Positions 1 to 12,770 of a stretch of DNA of 64,000 nucleotides are shown here, piece by piece. The stretch is from assembly GCA_963726755.1 (NCBI GenBank), contig CAVSDB010000002.1:154889-218888 (forward strand), read 5' to 3'. The notes under the pieces were generated by a model that saw only the letters and a program-made list of their open reading frames with translations, was not told the origin of the DNA and made no database searches. Origin of the DNA: an uncultured Actinomycetota bacterium (GTDB taxonomy: Bacteria; Actinomycetota; Actinomycetes; JAHEKZ01). The number at the start of each line of letters is the position of its first letter. Position 1 is the stretch's first letter. A program made the position numbers and the translations under genes.

Positions 1-404
1 CAGCTGCCTGGTTCATCGCAAAGTCTTGGCGACCAGTTGTTGGCTCGCTGGTGGCCGGTTGGGGTGGCTGGTGGCTCGCCAAAGTTGTGAAGGACGAAAT
101 TGGTCGCGGTCGGCCCTATGAGGTTCTCGGAAGTCACGCCGTTCGTCCGTCTGCACTCACCGAGGGGCTTGGCTTCGTCAGCGGCCACAGCACGGTCGCC
201 TTCGCATGTGCAGCAGTCCTCTCCCCCTACCTTTCACGCCCCTGGCGAGTAGGTGTCTACAGCTTGGCGGTCGTGGTGGCACTGTCTCGGGTGGTCGTCG
301 GCGCGCACTTTCCGCTTGATGTTGTTGGCGGCGCGGCGCTTGGTCTGATGCTGGCCTATCTCTGGCACCTCGCGGTTGGTGTGCCCGAACCGGCGGCGGG
401 CTAA
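1..404 (+). CDS. PAP2 family phosphatase, 5' partial at window edge
   Basis: ORF 51..404 stays open to the window start. It carries PAP2 motifs (SGHST..., VGAHFPLDVVGG). Confidence 0.5.
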   Translation, partial: AAWFIAKSWRPVVGSLVAGWGGWWLAKVVKDEIGRGRPYEVLGSHAVRPSALTEGLGFVSGHSTVAFACAAVLSPYLSRPWRVGVYSLAVVVALSRVVVGAHFPLDVVGGAALGLMLAYLWHLAVGVPEPAAG

Positions 405-1056
405 CGGTCAAGTGGCCACTGCCGTGACGTATACCCGACGCTGGCGCACCGACGGGGTCGCGTTGCTTGTGGCGATGGTTGTCCTCGGCCTCGCGGCCTT
501 GGCAGCGGCGCAGGGCGTGAGCTCGTTCGAGGCCACTGTCTTTCACGCCATCAACGACTTACCTGAGTTCCTGTACCGACCCATGTGGCTGGCCCAGTTC
601 TTGGGGTTGTTGTTGGTCCCCGCGGTCGTGGCAGTTGTTGCGCTGGGGTTTCGTCGCTGGCGGCTCGCCGTTGCCCTCCTCCTGCTGATCCCGTTGAAAC
701 TCTTCATCGAGAAGGGGGTGGTCAAGAACTTGGTCTACCGAGCCCGCCCCGGGACGTCCATCTGTGACCAGGACCCAAGTTGCCTCAACCTGCGCGACGT
801 TCCCCTGGTCGGGCCGAGCTTTCCATCGGGACACGTGATCATCGCCTGCGGGATCGCCTGGCTCGTCGCTCCTTACGTTGGCCGAAAGTGGCGGTACGTC
901 CTGGTTGGGATCTGTTGTGCAGTGGCTTTCGCGCGCGTGTACTTAGGAGCACACAATCCCCTAGACGTTGTCGCTGGAGCCGCGTGCGGCGTCACGGTCG
1001 GAGCCGTGCTGAACCTGTTGCTTGGCGTTCCTGCGCGGCAATCGGAGGCTAGTTAG
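376..1056 (+). CDS. PAP2 family membrane phosphatase
   Basis: Multi-TM ORF with PSGH and LGAHNPLDVVAGA motifs. It is a tandem paralogue of the preceding ORF; the start is uncertain. Confidence 0.55.
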   Translation: MVCPNRRRANGQVATAVTYTRRWRTDGVALLVAMVVLGLAALAAAQGVSSFEATVFHAINDLPEFLYRPMWLAQFLGLLLVPAVVAVVALGFRRWRLAVALLLLIPLKLFIEKGVVKNLVYRARPGTSICDQDPSCLNLRDVPLVGPSFPSGHVIIACGIAWLVAPYVGRKWRYVLVGICCAVAFARVYLGAHNPLDVVAGAACGVTVGAVLNLLLGVPARQSEAS

Positions 1057-2974
1057 TCGGTTTCTCGCGGTCCTTCGCCAGTTGCTCGACCTGGCGCAGC
1101 CCGTCGACAACACCTCGCGCATACGCAGCAGCGCCGCTGTACGTCAGGTGAGTCCCATCGGCCACGAAGTACCCACCGCGATCCTTCGACAATCCCGCCC
1201 AGTTGACGACGACGACGTTCTTCAACCCACGCGTGGCCTTATCGATCGCAGTGTTGCTTTGATCCATCCACGGAATCTGGGCACGGACGTTCACAAGGAC
1301 TATGCCCTCGATGTCGTCAAGGTCGACGAGCAGTTCGCGAAGGTCTTCCTCAACCGGAATGCCGTTGGTTCCGGTTTGGATGACGAGGAGTGGAGCGAGC
1401 TTGTCGAACTTCAAGCGTTGACGTATCCGGGCGATTGCGTCGTACGGCTGTCGGCCGACCTCGGCATCGAAGTGCGCATTCGGAAGCCGATCGATGATCG
1501 CATTTCTCGCGCTCAACGCGACTGAGTCGCCGACGACCGTCACGCGTCGTTGTGACAAGGGGACCGACTGGTGCTGGTGGTCTTTGCCGCCTCCGCGACC
1601 CGGATGTTGGGTGTTTTCGTTATCGTCCTTCTTCGGCCCGAGGGTGCCGGCTCCTACCGAAGTGACGCCGCCCAGGTACGTCGAACTGTCGACGATGGGG
1701 ACCTGTGCTAGTGCGACTCCCCCGACCACGAGTGTCGCGGCGCTCGCGACGCCCACCCCAATCCAGCGGAAGCGGGTGTGGGAATCTCCTGCGCGAAGGC
1801 GTCGCCACGACGCGCCTAAGGCACCGCGGCGAATGGGCATCTCGACCCACCGATAGCTGGCCTCGGCACAGACACCAGTGAGGGCTAGGGAGGTCAGCGC
1901 CGCCGCCCAGCCTGAGTACGGCAAATCGATCGTGGGGCGGGTCACCAAGAAGATGGGCCAGTGCCAGAGGTAAATGCCGTAGGAGCGGGTCCCAAGCCAG
2001 CGCAGTACTCGGTTCCCGAGCCCCCGGCCGAATTGGCTGGCTGGGTGCGAAGCAGCCATCACTAGCCCAGCGGTCACTATCGCGAACACCAAAAAGCCAC
2101 CGCGGTAGAGCCAGGTCGAGGTGTCGGGTAGCCACAAAAAGAACCACCCCATGACGAGCATGGAGACGATGCCAACCGTCGTCAGGAAGACCTGTGCAGA
2201 CTTCGGAACGAAAGTCGGCAGACGCGAGGGTCGCCACACAACCGCAAGCGCGGCACCAACCATCACCGTCATCGCATGTGTGTCGGACCCGAAGTACACC
2301 CGCGCCGTATCGGTGAGTGCAGGAATGTGTTCGTGGACAGCGAGCGTGGCCATCCAGATGGTCGACGCAACTGCGCCGATCAACGCCGTGATACCAACAC
2401 CGCGTCGCCCCCACGGTCGCCAAACCAACAACAAGACCGTCGGCCAGATCAGATAGAACTGCTCCTCGAGTGCGAGTGACCACAAGTGCTGAAGCATCGG
2501 CGGTCGACCGATGACTTCGAAGTAACTGCGGGAGTCGAAGATGTACCACCAGTTCGTGGTGTAGGTCAGCGACGACAAGCACGTCCTGGCGGAATTGTGA
2601 CGCCGCATCACGTGCAACGGTCAGGCACAACACCGCAGTGAAGGCGAGAACGACCAGCAGCGCCGGTAGCAGTCGCCGCGCACGCCGTAAGTAGAACTGC
2701 TTGAAGCGGAGGGAGCCGTGGCTTTCGACTTCTTCGAGCAGCAGGTGGTGATGAGGAATCCGGACAGCACGAAGAAGGTGTCAACACCGAGGTAGCCCCC
2801 GGGAAAGATTCTCGCTGGCAGGTGAAAGAGGAGTACGGCGGTGACCGCGATGGCGCGAACTCCGTCGAGTCCGGGAAGGTACGGCAATCGCTGAGGGCTC
2901 GGCCAGTTCGGTGAGCGACGCTTGGATTTAGTCGCGCTTATGCCCGAACCAGTGTCGACAGTTACTTCGGGCAT
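1049..2974 (-). CDS. Acyltransferase family 3 (OafA/YrhL-like) with C-terminal SGNH domain; frameshifted near 2620-2760
   Basis: The N-terminal acyltransferase-3 motif (LPYLPGLDGVRAIAVTAVLLFHL...GYLGVDTFFVLSGFLIT) lies in ORF 2621..3142. The TM body and the GDS-type SGNH tail lie in ORF 1049..2617, in a different frame. Confidence 0.65.
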
Positions 2975-3021
2975 TTGGTCGAGTGTAACGGCGCCCGCCG
3001 ACGATCCGCACCGCCCAAAAG

Positions 3022-4634
3022 TCAGGCGAATCGGACTCGCCAAGTTGCATGTCCGGCGCGAAGTAGGCCATAGGTGATGGCATCGGACAACGCCGACCAG
3101 GACGCTGCGATGACGTTCTCGTGAACTCCGATTGTGTCCCACTCGCCACGACCGTCACTGGTCTCGATCAGGACTCGAGTGACCGATGCGGTCCCCTCGC
3201 GTCCCTCAAGGATTCGCACCTTGTAGTCAACGAGTTCCAACGCATTCAGCTCTGGGTAGATCTGAGACAGTGCCTGCCGCAGAGGCGTTGTCCAGGGCGT
3301 TGACCGGCCCGTTGCCCTCGCCGGTGGCAACGATGCGCTCACCGTTGGCGTACAGCTTGACGGTGGACTCGCTGACGATCGCCGCGTCGGTTCGCTGCTC
3401 GACGATCACCCGCCAGGACTCGACCGTGAAGTGGCGACGGGCCTTGCCGAAGACCACTTCGTCGACCAGCAGCTCAAACGAGGCGTCTGCCGCCTCGAAG
3501 CTGTACCCCTCTGCCTCGAGTTCCTTGACCCGATCGACGACGCGACCGACCGCGTCCTTGTCTGACAGATCGATGCCGAGCTCTCGACCCTTGAGCTCGA
3601 TGGAGGCCCGACCGGCCATCTCGGTGACGAGCACCCGCATGTCGTTGCCGACGACGACTGGGTCGATGAAGTTGTACAGGTCTGGCGAAACTTTGATCGC
3701 ACTTGCGTGCAGCCCGGCCTTGTGGGCGAATGCCGAAACTCCGACGTATGCCTGATGCGTGTTTGGTGCGATGTTCGCAATCTCGGCAAGGGCGTGCGAG
3801 ACCCGAACCATTTCCGACAGCTTGCCTTCGGGCAGCACTCTGCGATCGAGTCGAGTCTCGAGGTTTCCGACGACGGCAAACAGGTCTGCGTTCCCTGTGC
3901 GTTCGCCGTATCCGTTGGCGGTGCACTGAACGTGGGTAGCGCCAACCTCGACGGCCGCCACCGTGTTGGCGACCGCGCACGACGTGTCGTCCTGGCAGTG
4001 GATTCCGATTCGAACGTCGTCGGTCCGCGTCCATCACCTCGCCAGCGATGCGCTGGATACCGGACGGCAGCATCCCTCCGTTGGTGTCACACAGCACAGC
4101 CACGTCGGCACCGGCCTCACGCGCAGCCTCGATAACTCTTACGCCGTAGTCAGGGTCTCGGTAGGTACCCGTCGAAGAAGTGCTCGAGATCGACGAAGAC
4201 CCGGCGACCCTCGTCCACGAGGAACTGGACGGTGTCGGAGACCATCGCGAGGTTCTCCTCCGGCGTGGTCCGAAGCGCCTCTTTGACGTGCCTCAGGTCA
4301 GACTTGGCAACCAAGGTGACGACCGGTGTCTGGGCTGCAAGCAGTGCCAACACTTGCGGATCATCGGCAACCTTTTGGTCGGGCCGTCGAGTCGCACCGA
4401 AGGCAACCAACTGCGCGCAAGTCAGTGCGAGTTCGGTTCGGGCACGCTCAAAGAACTCGGTGTCCTTCGGCAATGCACCGGGCCAACCTCCTTCGATGAA
4501 ACCGACACCGAGTTCGTCCAACAGTCTCGCGACCGACAACTTGTCAGCGACGGAGTACGAAATCCCTTCGCGCTGGGCACCATCGCGCAGCGTGACGTCG
4601 TACACGTGAAATGCGTCGTCGGGCCGACTCATTG
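3022..4634 (-). pseudogene. cimA: Citramalate synthase CimA-like (LeuA/homocitrate synthase family), at least 4 frameshifts
   Basis: N-terminus [20 protein letters not shown]...[16 protein letters not shown] (CimA-type GWPG motif) is in ORF 4150..4815. LCDTNGG is in ORF 3474..4103, the middle in 3227..3961, and the LeuA-dimer C-terminal domain in 3022..3342. Confidence 0.7.
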
Positions 4635-4732
4635 AATCCTCCAACCAAAAGACCCCCCGCAAAGTGCGAGAGGTCGGCGCATCAGGCTGGCCTGATGCGC
4701 TAGCAGATAATGGTCGCGTACACCATGCGCAT
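4635..4732 (-). promoter_or_regulatory. Putative leader ORF plus hairpin/U-tract (attenuator-like) upstream of cimA
   Basis: On the minus strand: ATG CGC ATG GTG TAC GCG ACC ATT ATC TGC TAG ([10 protein letters not shown]). This is followed by a perfect hairpin GCGCATCAGG-CCAG-CCTGATGCGC (4677..4700), then GACC...GGUC and UUUUGGUUGG immediately before the cimA ATG. Confidence 0.3.
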
Positions 4733-4773
4733 AGTCTGACACATCGCAGCGAGAAGCAGCGTCGACTGGGAGG

Positions 4774-5596
4774 ATGAGCCAGATCATGGTGCGTGGCAGC
4801 CACCGCATGCGGCACGGGTCAGGGCGCTGGATCGCCCTTGCCGTCGTCGTGGCAGTGGTGCTCGCTGGAGCGGGATTCGTTCTTCGAAATAGCCTCACCC
4901 AGTCGGAGGCGACCACGTCCGCCGCCCGCCGTGCAGCAGCCGACCCTGATGGCTGTCGCCGAACGCAGACGGACCACGCCACCGGAGTCGCTGATCGAGG
5001 TGCCAGCCCCGCCAACCTTTCCGCCGAGTACGAGCGTCCTGGTCATCGGAGACTCGTTGGCGGTGGGCATCGCCGAGCAGGTCACGTCGCGAAATGCCGG
5101 ACCGTCAGATCGTTGTGGAGGCCGCCGAAGGCAGGAACACCGGAACCTCGGTGGCACTCGTCGCTGACCATGCGGCGTACACCCCGTCGATCTGGGTCGT
5201 CAGTCTTGGCACGAACGACAACAGCGATGAGTTCGCCGACAATGCCGAGGCATTGATGGAGCTAGCCGGCCATGATCGATGCGTGCTCTGGTACGACGTC
5301 TATCGACCTGTCGAGGTGACGAGATCAACGCCATCCTGCGAGGGATCCAAGCAGCCCACTCCAACATGGAGATCCTGAATTGGCAGGACATGGCACTGGC
5401 CCACCCCGAGTGGTTCTCCTCTGATGGCATTCACCCCTCAGCCGAGGGGTACCTGGCAGCGCAGCAAACTTGCCACCCGTGCCGTCTCGGAAACCTGTAC
5501 AGATCCTGGGCTCGTAAGGTGGGTCAGACTAGCGGGTACGAGCGGATGCATCCAACCGTGGGGGTCGTCGATTCTGCCGTGTTGCAGGTCGAGTAA
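4774..5596 (+). CDS. SGNH/GDSL-family hydrolase, frameshifted across three frames
   Basis: [13 protein letters not shown] (GDS block), [13 protein letters not shown], then [10 protein letters not shown] (catalytic His block) fall in successive ORFs 4793..5167, 5094..5378 and 5279..5596. An N-terminal signal/TM is in 4774..5256. Confidence 0.5.
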
Positions 5597-6523
5597 ATGA
5601 TCGCGCAGCCGTAACGTCACCGGACCTGGCTCTCCCTCACCGACGGTCCAACTGCGGTCCGCAGACTTCACGTGGCCAACGGGCGTGATTACAGCGGCCG
5701 TGCCGCACGCAAACACTTCACTGATGGTGCCGTCGAGATTGCCCTCACGCCATTGCTCGACGTTGATTCGCTCTTCGCTGGCAGGGATCCCAAGGTCTGC
5801 GGCGACGGTCAGCAACGAGTCGCGCGTGATTCCCGGCAGCAGCGCGCCGGTAAGCGTTGGAGTCACAACACGAGCGTCTGCACCGGTGCCGTAGACGAAG
5901 TAGAGGTTCATGCCGCCCATCTCTTCGACCCATCGGTGCTCAGCTGCGTCCAACCAGACGACCTGGTCGCATTCGTGCTCGGTCGCCTGCGCTTGCGCGA
6001 TGAGCGATGCCGCATAGTTCCCCGCGCACTTGGCTTCGCCGGTTCCGCCAGGTGCCGCCCGCACGTACTCGGTCGACAGCCAGACCGATACCGGTTTAAC
6101 ACCGCCGCGGAAGTACGCACCAGCTGGCGAAGCAATGAGCAGGAAGAGGTACGAACTGGCCGGTTTGACGCCAAGGCCGACCTCGGTGGAGAACATGAAC
6201 GGACGCAGGTACAGGCTCATCTCATCGCTGGTCGGGACCCACGTGCGGTCTTGCTGCACCAGCGCACCGATTGCGTCGACGAAGAGGTCCTCGGGTAGTT
6301 CGGGCATGGCCAATCGCGCTGCGGATTTCTGAAACCGTCGAGCGTTCAACGTTGGCCGAAACGTGGCGATGGAACCGTCGGCGCGGTGATAGGCCTTAAG
6401 CCCCTCGAAGATCTCCTGCCCGTAGTGAAGAGCCATCGTCGCTGGGTCGAGTTCCAGTGGGCCATACGGAACGAGTTCGGCGTCGTGCCAGCCGCGACCG
6501 TCGGTCCATTGGATCGTGACCAT
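5438..6523 (-). CDS. ilvE: Branched-chain amino acid aminotransferase
   Basis: Full-length similarity to actinobacterial IlvE (MALHYGQEIFEGLKAY..., GTAAVITPVGHVK). The C-terminal tail looks extended, so a frameshift may remove the native stop. Confidence 0.85.
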   Translation of the reverse strand: MVTIQWTDGRGWHDAELVPYGPLELDPATMALHYGQEIFEGLKAYHRADGSIATFRPTLNARRFQKSAARLAMPELPEDLFVDAIGALVQQDRTWVPTSDEMSLYLRPFMFSTEVGLGVKPASSYLFLLIASPAGAYFRGGVKPVSVWLSTEYVRAAPGGTGEAKCAGNYAASLIAQAQATEHECDQVVWLDAAEHRWVEEMGGMNLYFVYGTGADARVVTPTLTGALLPGITRDSLLTVAADLGIPASEERINVEQWREGNLDGTISEVFACGTAAVITPVGHVKSADRSWTVGEGEPGPVTLRLRDHLLDLQHGRIDDPHGWMHPLVPASLTHLTSPGSVQVSETARVASLLRCQVPLG

Positions 6524-6635
6524 GTGATCGGTGAAGAACCGGCCGAACCCGGGATCAGCGAGAATCGCCTCGCCGCTGCTCGTCAGGCAGCGGCTGGCTC
6601 GTGGGCTTCAGCGCGATCGTCATCGTCAGATCCTC

Positions 6636-7685
6636 TCAGCCAGCCGCGGCAGCGGCCAGCGCGTCCCCAATTTCAGCGGTATTGCGTTCGCTGGAACCCC
6701 GCTGGGCAAGGTCTTCGGTGACCGCGCGCTCCACGCTCCGAGCCGCCTCGGTCAGTGAAAGGTGATCGAGCAACATACCCACTGACAGCACCGTGGCGGT
6801 CGGGTCCGCGATGCCTTGCCCCGCGATGTCCGGGGCAGAACCGTGGACCGGCTCGAACATGCTGGGGTTGGTACGACTCACATCAAGGTTGCCACTTGCG
6901 GCACGTCCAATCCCTCCGGCGATGGCCGCGCCAATGTCAGTGATGATGTCGCCAAAGAGGTTGTCGGTGACTACGACGTCGAACCGCTCTGGTGCGGTGA
7001 CGAAGAACATGCTCGCCGCGTCGACGTGCAGATACTCGGTCTCGACCTCGGGAAACTCCGTCGCAACCGCATTAAACGTTCGGGTCCACAGATCACCAGA
7101 GTGAGTCAGGACGTTGTTCTTGTGTACCAATGACAACTTCTGACGTGGGCGAGCGTGTGCCCGGCCAAAGGCGTCACGCACTACTCGTTCCACACCGAAT
7201 GCGGTGTTGAGACTCTCCTCGGTGGCCACCTCATGGCGAGTTCCCCGACGCAACGTGCCACCCGAACCGGCGTACGGTCCCTCAGTTCCTTCTCGCACGA
7301 CAATCATGTCGATGTCCTGCGGCGTCTTGCCGGCCAACGGGGTAGCGACTCCCGGGTATAGCCGCACTGGGCGAAGGTTGACGTGATGGTCGAGCTCGAA
7401 CCGAAGTCGCAACAGCAAGCCACGCTCGAGCACGCCACTCGGCACGGACGGATCTCCGACTGCGCCAAGGAGGATCACATCGTGTGCGCGAATCTCCTCA
7501 AGAACCGAATCCGGCAACGTTTCACCGGTCGCATGCCAACGTCGAGCACCCAGGTCATACTCAGTCCGCTCGAACTTGACCGAATTCTGGGCAGCGACCG
7601 CCTCGAGGACCTTAAGACCTTCAGTCACCACCTCAGGGCCGATGCCGTCCCCTGCGATCACGGCCACGCGAATCGTCGTCGTCAT
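6636..7685 (-). CDS. leuB: 3-isopropylmalate dehydrogenase
   Basis: [19 protein letters not shown]... with IMDH-family motifs throughout; intact 349 aa. Confidence 0.9.
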   Translation of the reverse strand: MTTTIRVAVIAGDGIGPEVVTEGLKVLEAVAAQNSVKFERTEYDLGARRWHATGETLPDSVLEEIRAHDVILLGAVGDPSVPSGVLERGLLLRLRFELDHHVNLRPVRLYPGVATPLAGKTPQDIDMIVVREGTEGPYAGSGGTLRRGTRHEVATEESLNTAFGVERVVRDAFGRAHARPRQKLSLVHKNNVLTHSGDLWTRTFNAVATEFPEVETEYLHVDAASMFFVTAPERFDVVVTDNLFGDIITDIGAAIAGGIGRAASGNLDVSRTNPSMFEPVHGSAPDIAGQGIADPTATVLSVGMLLDHLSLTEAARSVERAVTEDLAQRGSSERNTAEIGDALAAAAAG

Positions 7686-7688
7686 GAG

Positions 7689-9285
7689 TCAGTCGAGTCC
7701 TTCGAGGTCGAGTGCACGTCCTTCGTGGGCACCAATAGCTTCGATGATTTCGTTCAAGGCATCGGCCTCGATGGGTGAGTCAACGGTCATAGCGATGAGC
7801 GCATGACCGCCTGCCATATCGCGGCTCACCTGCATACCAGCGATATTGACACCCTGTTCGCCAAGGACGCGTCCGAGTTCGCCAACCACACCTGGTCGGT
7901 CGTCGTAGCGGAAGAACGCCAGGTGTTCTGACGGTTGCAGGTCCACGTCGAAGCCATCGATCTCGACCAACTTCTCGACATGTTTTGGGCCGGTGAGCGT
8001 GCCGCTCACAGTCAAGTGGCGGCCATCAGCCAGGCCGCCACGAATCGTCACCAAGTTTCGGTGGTCAGGGCTATGTGACTCGGTGACTAGCCCGACTTGG
8101 ACGCCGCGCTCGGCGGCGAGCAGCGGGGCATTGACGTAGCTGACTTGCTCGTCGACAACCGCAGTGAACACACCCTTTAGAGCCGCCAACTCAAGGACCT
8201 TCACGTCCTCGCTTGAGATCTCGCCGCGCACTTCAACCGTCAATCCTTCGGGCGCCCCACCAGCCAGGCCGGTAAACACCCGACCCAACTTCTCGGCGAG
8301 TGGAATGAACGGGCGCACGTCCTCGGCGATAACGCCACCTTTAACGTTCACGGCGTCAGGTACCAATTCGCCCGCGAGCGCGAGACGGACTGACTTCGCG
8401 ACCGCGATGCCGGCTTTCTCCTGCGCCTCGTCGGTGCTGGCACCAAGGTGCGGCGTCACCACAATCTGTTCATGCTCGAACAGTGGCGACGACGTGCAAG
8501 GCTCCTCGCTGAAGACATCAACTCCGGCCGCTTGCACTCGACCTTCAGCAACTGCTGTTGCGAGGGCGGACTCGTCAACGATCCCACCGCGTGCCGCGTT
8601 CACGATGATGACTGTTGGCTTGACCAGCTTCAGTTGGTCAGCTGCCGATGAGTCCGACGGTCTCAGGGGTCTTTGGCAAGTGCACCGTGATGAAGTCGCT
8701 CTGAGCGAGCAGTTCATCGAGCTCCACGAGCTGGATTCCGAGCTGAGCCGCGCGACCCGGCTGCACATACGGGTCGTAAGCGATGACTTTGGTCCCGAAG
8801 GCCATCAGACGTTGTGCGGCGAGCACTCCGATTCGGCCAAGGCCGAGAACTCCGACGACCTTGCCGTAGACCTCGACGCCGGTGTACTTCGAACGCTTCC
8901 ACTCACCATTGCGCAGTGCCGCGTTAGCCGGTGCGATGTTTCTGGCCGCTGCCAGCAGCAATGCAACTGCTAGTTCCGCGGCGCTGACGATGTTCGACGT
9001 CGGAGCATTGACGACCATAACCCCGGCTTGCGTTGCCGCCGGGACGTCGACATTGTCGAGTCCGACCCCCGCGCGAGCAATCACCCTGAGTCGACGTGCC
9101 GCACCGAGCGCCGCCGAGTCGATCTGCGTGGCGCTGCGAACCAACACCGCATCGACGTCGACGATCGCGGCCAGCAACTCGTCTCGGTCAGCGCCATTGC
9201 ACGTTCGGATCTCGAAATCGGGGCCGAGGGCTTCAACTGTCGCAGGCGACAACTCTTCGGCTATTAGAACAATCGGTCGGCTCAC
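7689..9285 (-). CDS. serA: D-3-phosphoglycerate dehydrogenase, frameshift near 8640-8770
   Basis: The NAD-binding N-terminal half is in ORF 8638..9285. The catalytic C-terminal half plus ACT domain is in ORF 7689..8768. Position matches M. tuberculosis serA1 between leuB and ilvC. Confidence 0.8.
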
Positions 9286-9325
9286 GTAGGAATCCTCATC
9301 GCGGAGTGCCCGGGGAAGGCTCGGC

Positions 9326-10357
<1,032 letters not shown>

Positions 10358-10402
10358 TCATCCTTTGATCGTTGGTTGTAGGTGGGTGTGTTTGCATATT
10401 TC

Positions 10403-10942
10403 TCACGCGGTTCGGTCTGCGGGACGATCGGCGGCTCGTAACGAGCGATCGGTGATCGATCGGCCACCGCGTCCCATTGCAACCATGCCGGACTGAACAA
10501 GTTCCTTGACCCCAAAGGGTTCGAGAACATGCATCAAAGCGGCGAGTTTGTCAGAGTTGCCAGTGGCCTCAATGATCACCGTGTCGGCAGAGACGTCGAC
10601 AACCTTGGCTCGAAACAACGTCACGGTTTCCAGCACTTGCGAACGAGTCTCCGCATCCGCTCGTACCTTCACCAGGACGATCTCGCGCTGGATCGATGAC
10701 GTCTGATCGAGTTCGACGATCTTAAGCACGTTGATCAGCTTGTTGAGCTGTTTGGTTACCTGCTCAAGTGGTAGGTCGTCGACATTGACGACGATCGTCA
10801 TGCGCGACACGGCCTCATGTTCGGTCGGGCCAACAGCGAGCGACTCAATGTTGAAGCCACGCCTGGAAAACAGCGAGGCAATTCGAGCCAGCACACCGGG
10901 CTGGTCCTCAACCAGTACAGACAGCGTGTGTCTAGTCATCAC
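10403..10942 (-). CDS. ilvN: Acetolactate synthase small (regulatory) subunit
   Basis: ACT domain start ([30 protein letters not shown]). ATGA overlap with the ilvB stop. Confidence 0.9.
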   Translation of the reverse strand: MMTRHTLSVLVEDQPGVLARIASLFSRRGFNIESLAVGPTEHEAVSRMTIVVNVDDLPLEQVTKQLNKLINVLKIVELDQTSSIQREIVLVKVRADAETRSQVLETVTLFRAKVVDVSADTVIIEATGNSDKLAALMHVLEPFGVKELVQSGMVAMGRGGRSITDRSLRAADRPADRTA

Positions 10943-12693
10943 AGATCGTCCTTGTCCCAGGCGGGCGCCATATCGCGCGCGTACTTGATGTCGTCGTTAC
11001 TGGTTCCGGCTGCGACCATCGGCCATACCATCGCGTCCTTGTGCACTACGAAGTCAACGACAACCGGACGGTCGTTGATGGACATCGCCTTGTCGATTGT
11101 CGCGTCAACATCGGCCGCCGTCTCACAGCGCAGCCCTTCGCAGCCGTAAGCCTCGGCCAGCTTGGCGAAGTCCGGAATGCGCGCCGAATGTAGGTCGGTG
11201 TTGGAGTAGCGAGATTCGTAGAACAACGTCTGCCACTGACGAACCATGCCCAGGCTGCTGTTGTTGATGACCGCAACCTTGATGGGGATGTCGTTGAGCG
11301 CGCACGTCGCTAGTTCCTGGTTGGTCATCTGGAAGCAGCCGTCACCGTCGATGGCCCACACCGTTGATTCTGGTCGACCGACCTTGGCTCCCATTGCTGC
11401 AGGAACCGCAAAACCCATCGTCCCGAGCCCGCCGGAGTTCAGCCAGGTGCCAGGGTGTTCGTACTTGATGTACTGCGCCGCCCACATCTGGTGTTGCCCG
11501 ACACCGGCGGCGAACAAAGCCTCCGGACCGCTGATCGCGCCGAGACGTTCGATGACGTATTGCGGTGACAGCGATCCGTCGTCGGGCGTCGTGTACCCGA
11601 GCGGGTACGTCGATCGCATGCGCTCCAAGGTGTCGCGCCAAGCTGCGTAGTCGCCGACGCGTCCAGCTTCTGCTTGCGCGCGCAGCGCCGTCAGCAGATC
11701 GTTGATGACGTACTTGGCATCGCCGACGATGGGCACATCCGCGACGCGGTTCTTGGAGATCTCGGCCGGGTCGATGTCAGCGTGAACGATAAGCGCATCC
11801 GGCGCGAAGCTATCGAGGCGTCCGGTGACCCGGTCATCGAAGCGCGCGCCGAGCGCCAGCAGGAGATCGCTCTTCTGAAGTGCGCCGACCGCAGCAACCG
11901 TCCCGTGCATTCCGGGCATCCCCATGTGGAGGGGGTGGCTGTCGGGGAACGCCCCACGGGCCATCAACGTCGTGACAACCGGAATCCCGGTCAGTTCGGC
12001 AAGTTCCATGAGTTCGGCCGTTGCTGACGCCGCGAGTACGCCGCCCCCGACGTACAGCACTGGACGCTTGGCATCGACGATCAGCCGAGCCGCCTCACGC
12101 ACCTGCTTCGCGTGCGGTGCGATCGTCGGTCGGTAGCCAGGCAGGTCGATCGGCTGCGGCCAGGAGTACTCAGTGGTCGCCTGGAGGGCGTCCTTGGAGA
12201 TGTCGACCAACACCGGACCACGGCGTCCGGTCGATGCCAGGTGGAACGCCTCAGCGATGGTCTTGGGGATCAGCGACGCGTCGGTGATCAGGAAGTTGTG
12301 CTTGGTCACCGGCATCGTGATGCCGCGGATGTCGGCCTCTTGGAAGGCGTCAGTGCCGATCGAAGCGCTAGGCACTTGGCCGGTGATCGCGACCATGGGC
12401 GTTGAGTCCATGTGGGCATTGGCGATGGCCGTGACCAGGTTGGTCGCGCCTGGACCAGACGTCGCCATGCAGACGCCGACCTTGCCGGTCGCCATCGCGT
12501 AACCCTCTGCCGCATGGCCGGCACCCTGCTCGTGGCGCACCAGGATGTGACGAACACTGGAGTCGAACAGCGGGTCGTAGGCCGGAAGGATCGCGCCGCC
12601 GGGGATGCCAAAGACGGTCTCGACGCCGACGTCCTCCAAAGCCCGTACCAGGCTCTGGGCGCCGTTCATCGTTTCGGCTGTCGGCTCGGTCAT
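10939..12693 (-). CDS. ilvB: Acetolactate synthase large subunit
   Basis: ThDP-enzyme motifs ([17 protein letters not shown]). Start taken at MTEPTAE (12693), preceded by GGAGAAGGG. The upstream ATG at 12711 abuts the attenuator U-tract. Confidence 0.9.
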   Translation of the reverse strand: MTEPTAETMNGAQSLVRALEDVGVETVFGIPGGAILPAYDPLFDSSVRHILVRHEQGAGHAAEGYAMATGKVGVCMATSGPGATNLVTAIANAHMDSTPMVAITGQVPSASIGTDAFQEADIRGITMPVTKHNFLITDASLIPKTIAEAFHLASTGRRGPVLVDISKDALQATTEYSWPQPIDLPGYRPTIAPHAKQVREAARLIVDAKRPVLYVGGGVLAASATAELMELAELTGIPVVTTLMARGAFPDSHPLHMGMPGMHGTVAAVGALQKSDLLLALGARFDDRVTGRLDSFAPDALIVHADIDPAEISKNRVADVPIVGDAKYVINDLLTALRAQAEAGRVGDYAAWRDTLERMRSTYPLGYTTPDDGSLSPQYVIERLGAISGPEALFAAGVGQHQMWAAQYIKYEHPGTWLNSGGLGTMGFAVPAAMGAKVGRPESTVWAIDGDGCFQMTNQELATCALNDIPIKVAVINNSSLGMVRQWQTLFYESRYSNTDLHSARIPDFAKLAEAYGCEGLRCETAADVDATIDKAMSINDRPVVVDFVVHKDAMVWPMVAAGTSNDDIKYARDMAPAWDKDDL

Positions 12694-12712
12694 CGTCCTG
12701 CCCTTCTCCATT

Positions 12713-12746
12713 AAAAAACCCCTCGAACCCGGGTCTGGGTGAGGGG
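12713..12746 (-). terminator. ilvB attenuator terminator (intrinsic hairpin plus U6)
   Basis: Minus-strand RNA: CCCCUC-ACCCAGACCCGGGUUC-GAGGGG followed by UUUUUU, directly upstream of the ilvB start. Confidence 0.6.
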
Positions 12747-12770
12747 CGCGCGCGGCTCGAGCGGGATGGC

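Noticed and set aside
5438-5596. Overlap of the SGNH hydrolase 3' ORF with the ilvE 3' end (convergent)
   Set aside because: It most likely reflects C-terminal frameshift extensions of both genes rather than a true long antisense overlap.
6524-6635. Hairpin GCCGCTG-N8-CAGCGGC downstream of leuB
   Set aside because: There is no U-rich tail on the leuB strand. ilvE follows immediately in the same orientation, so co-transcription is more likely than termination.
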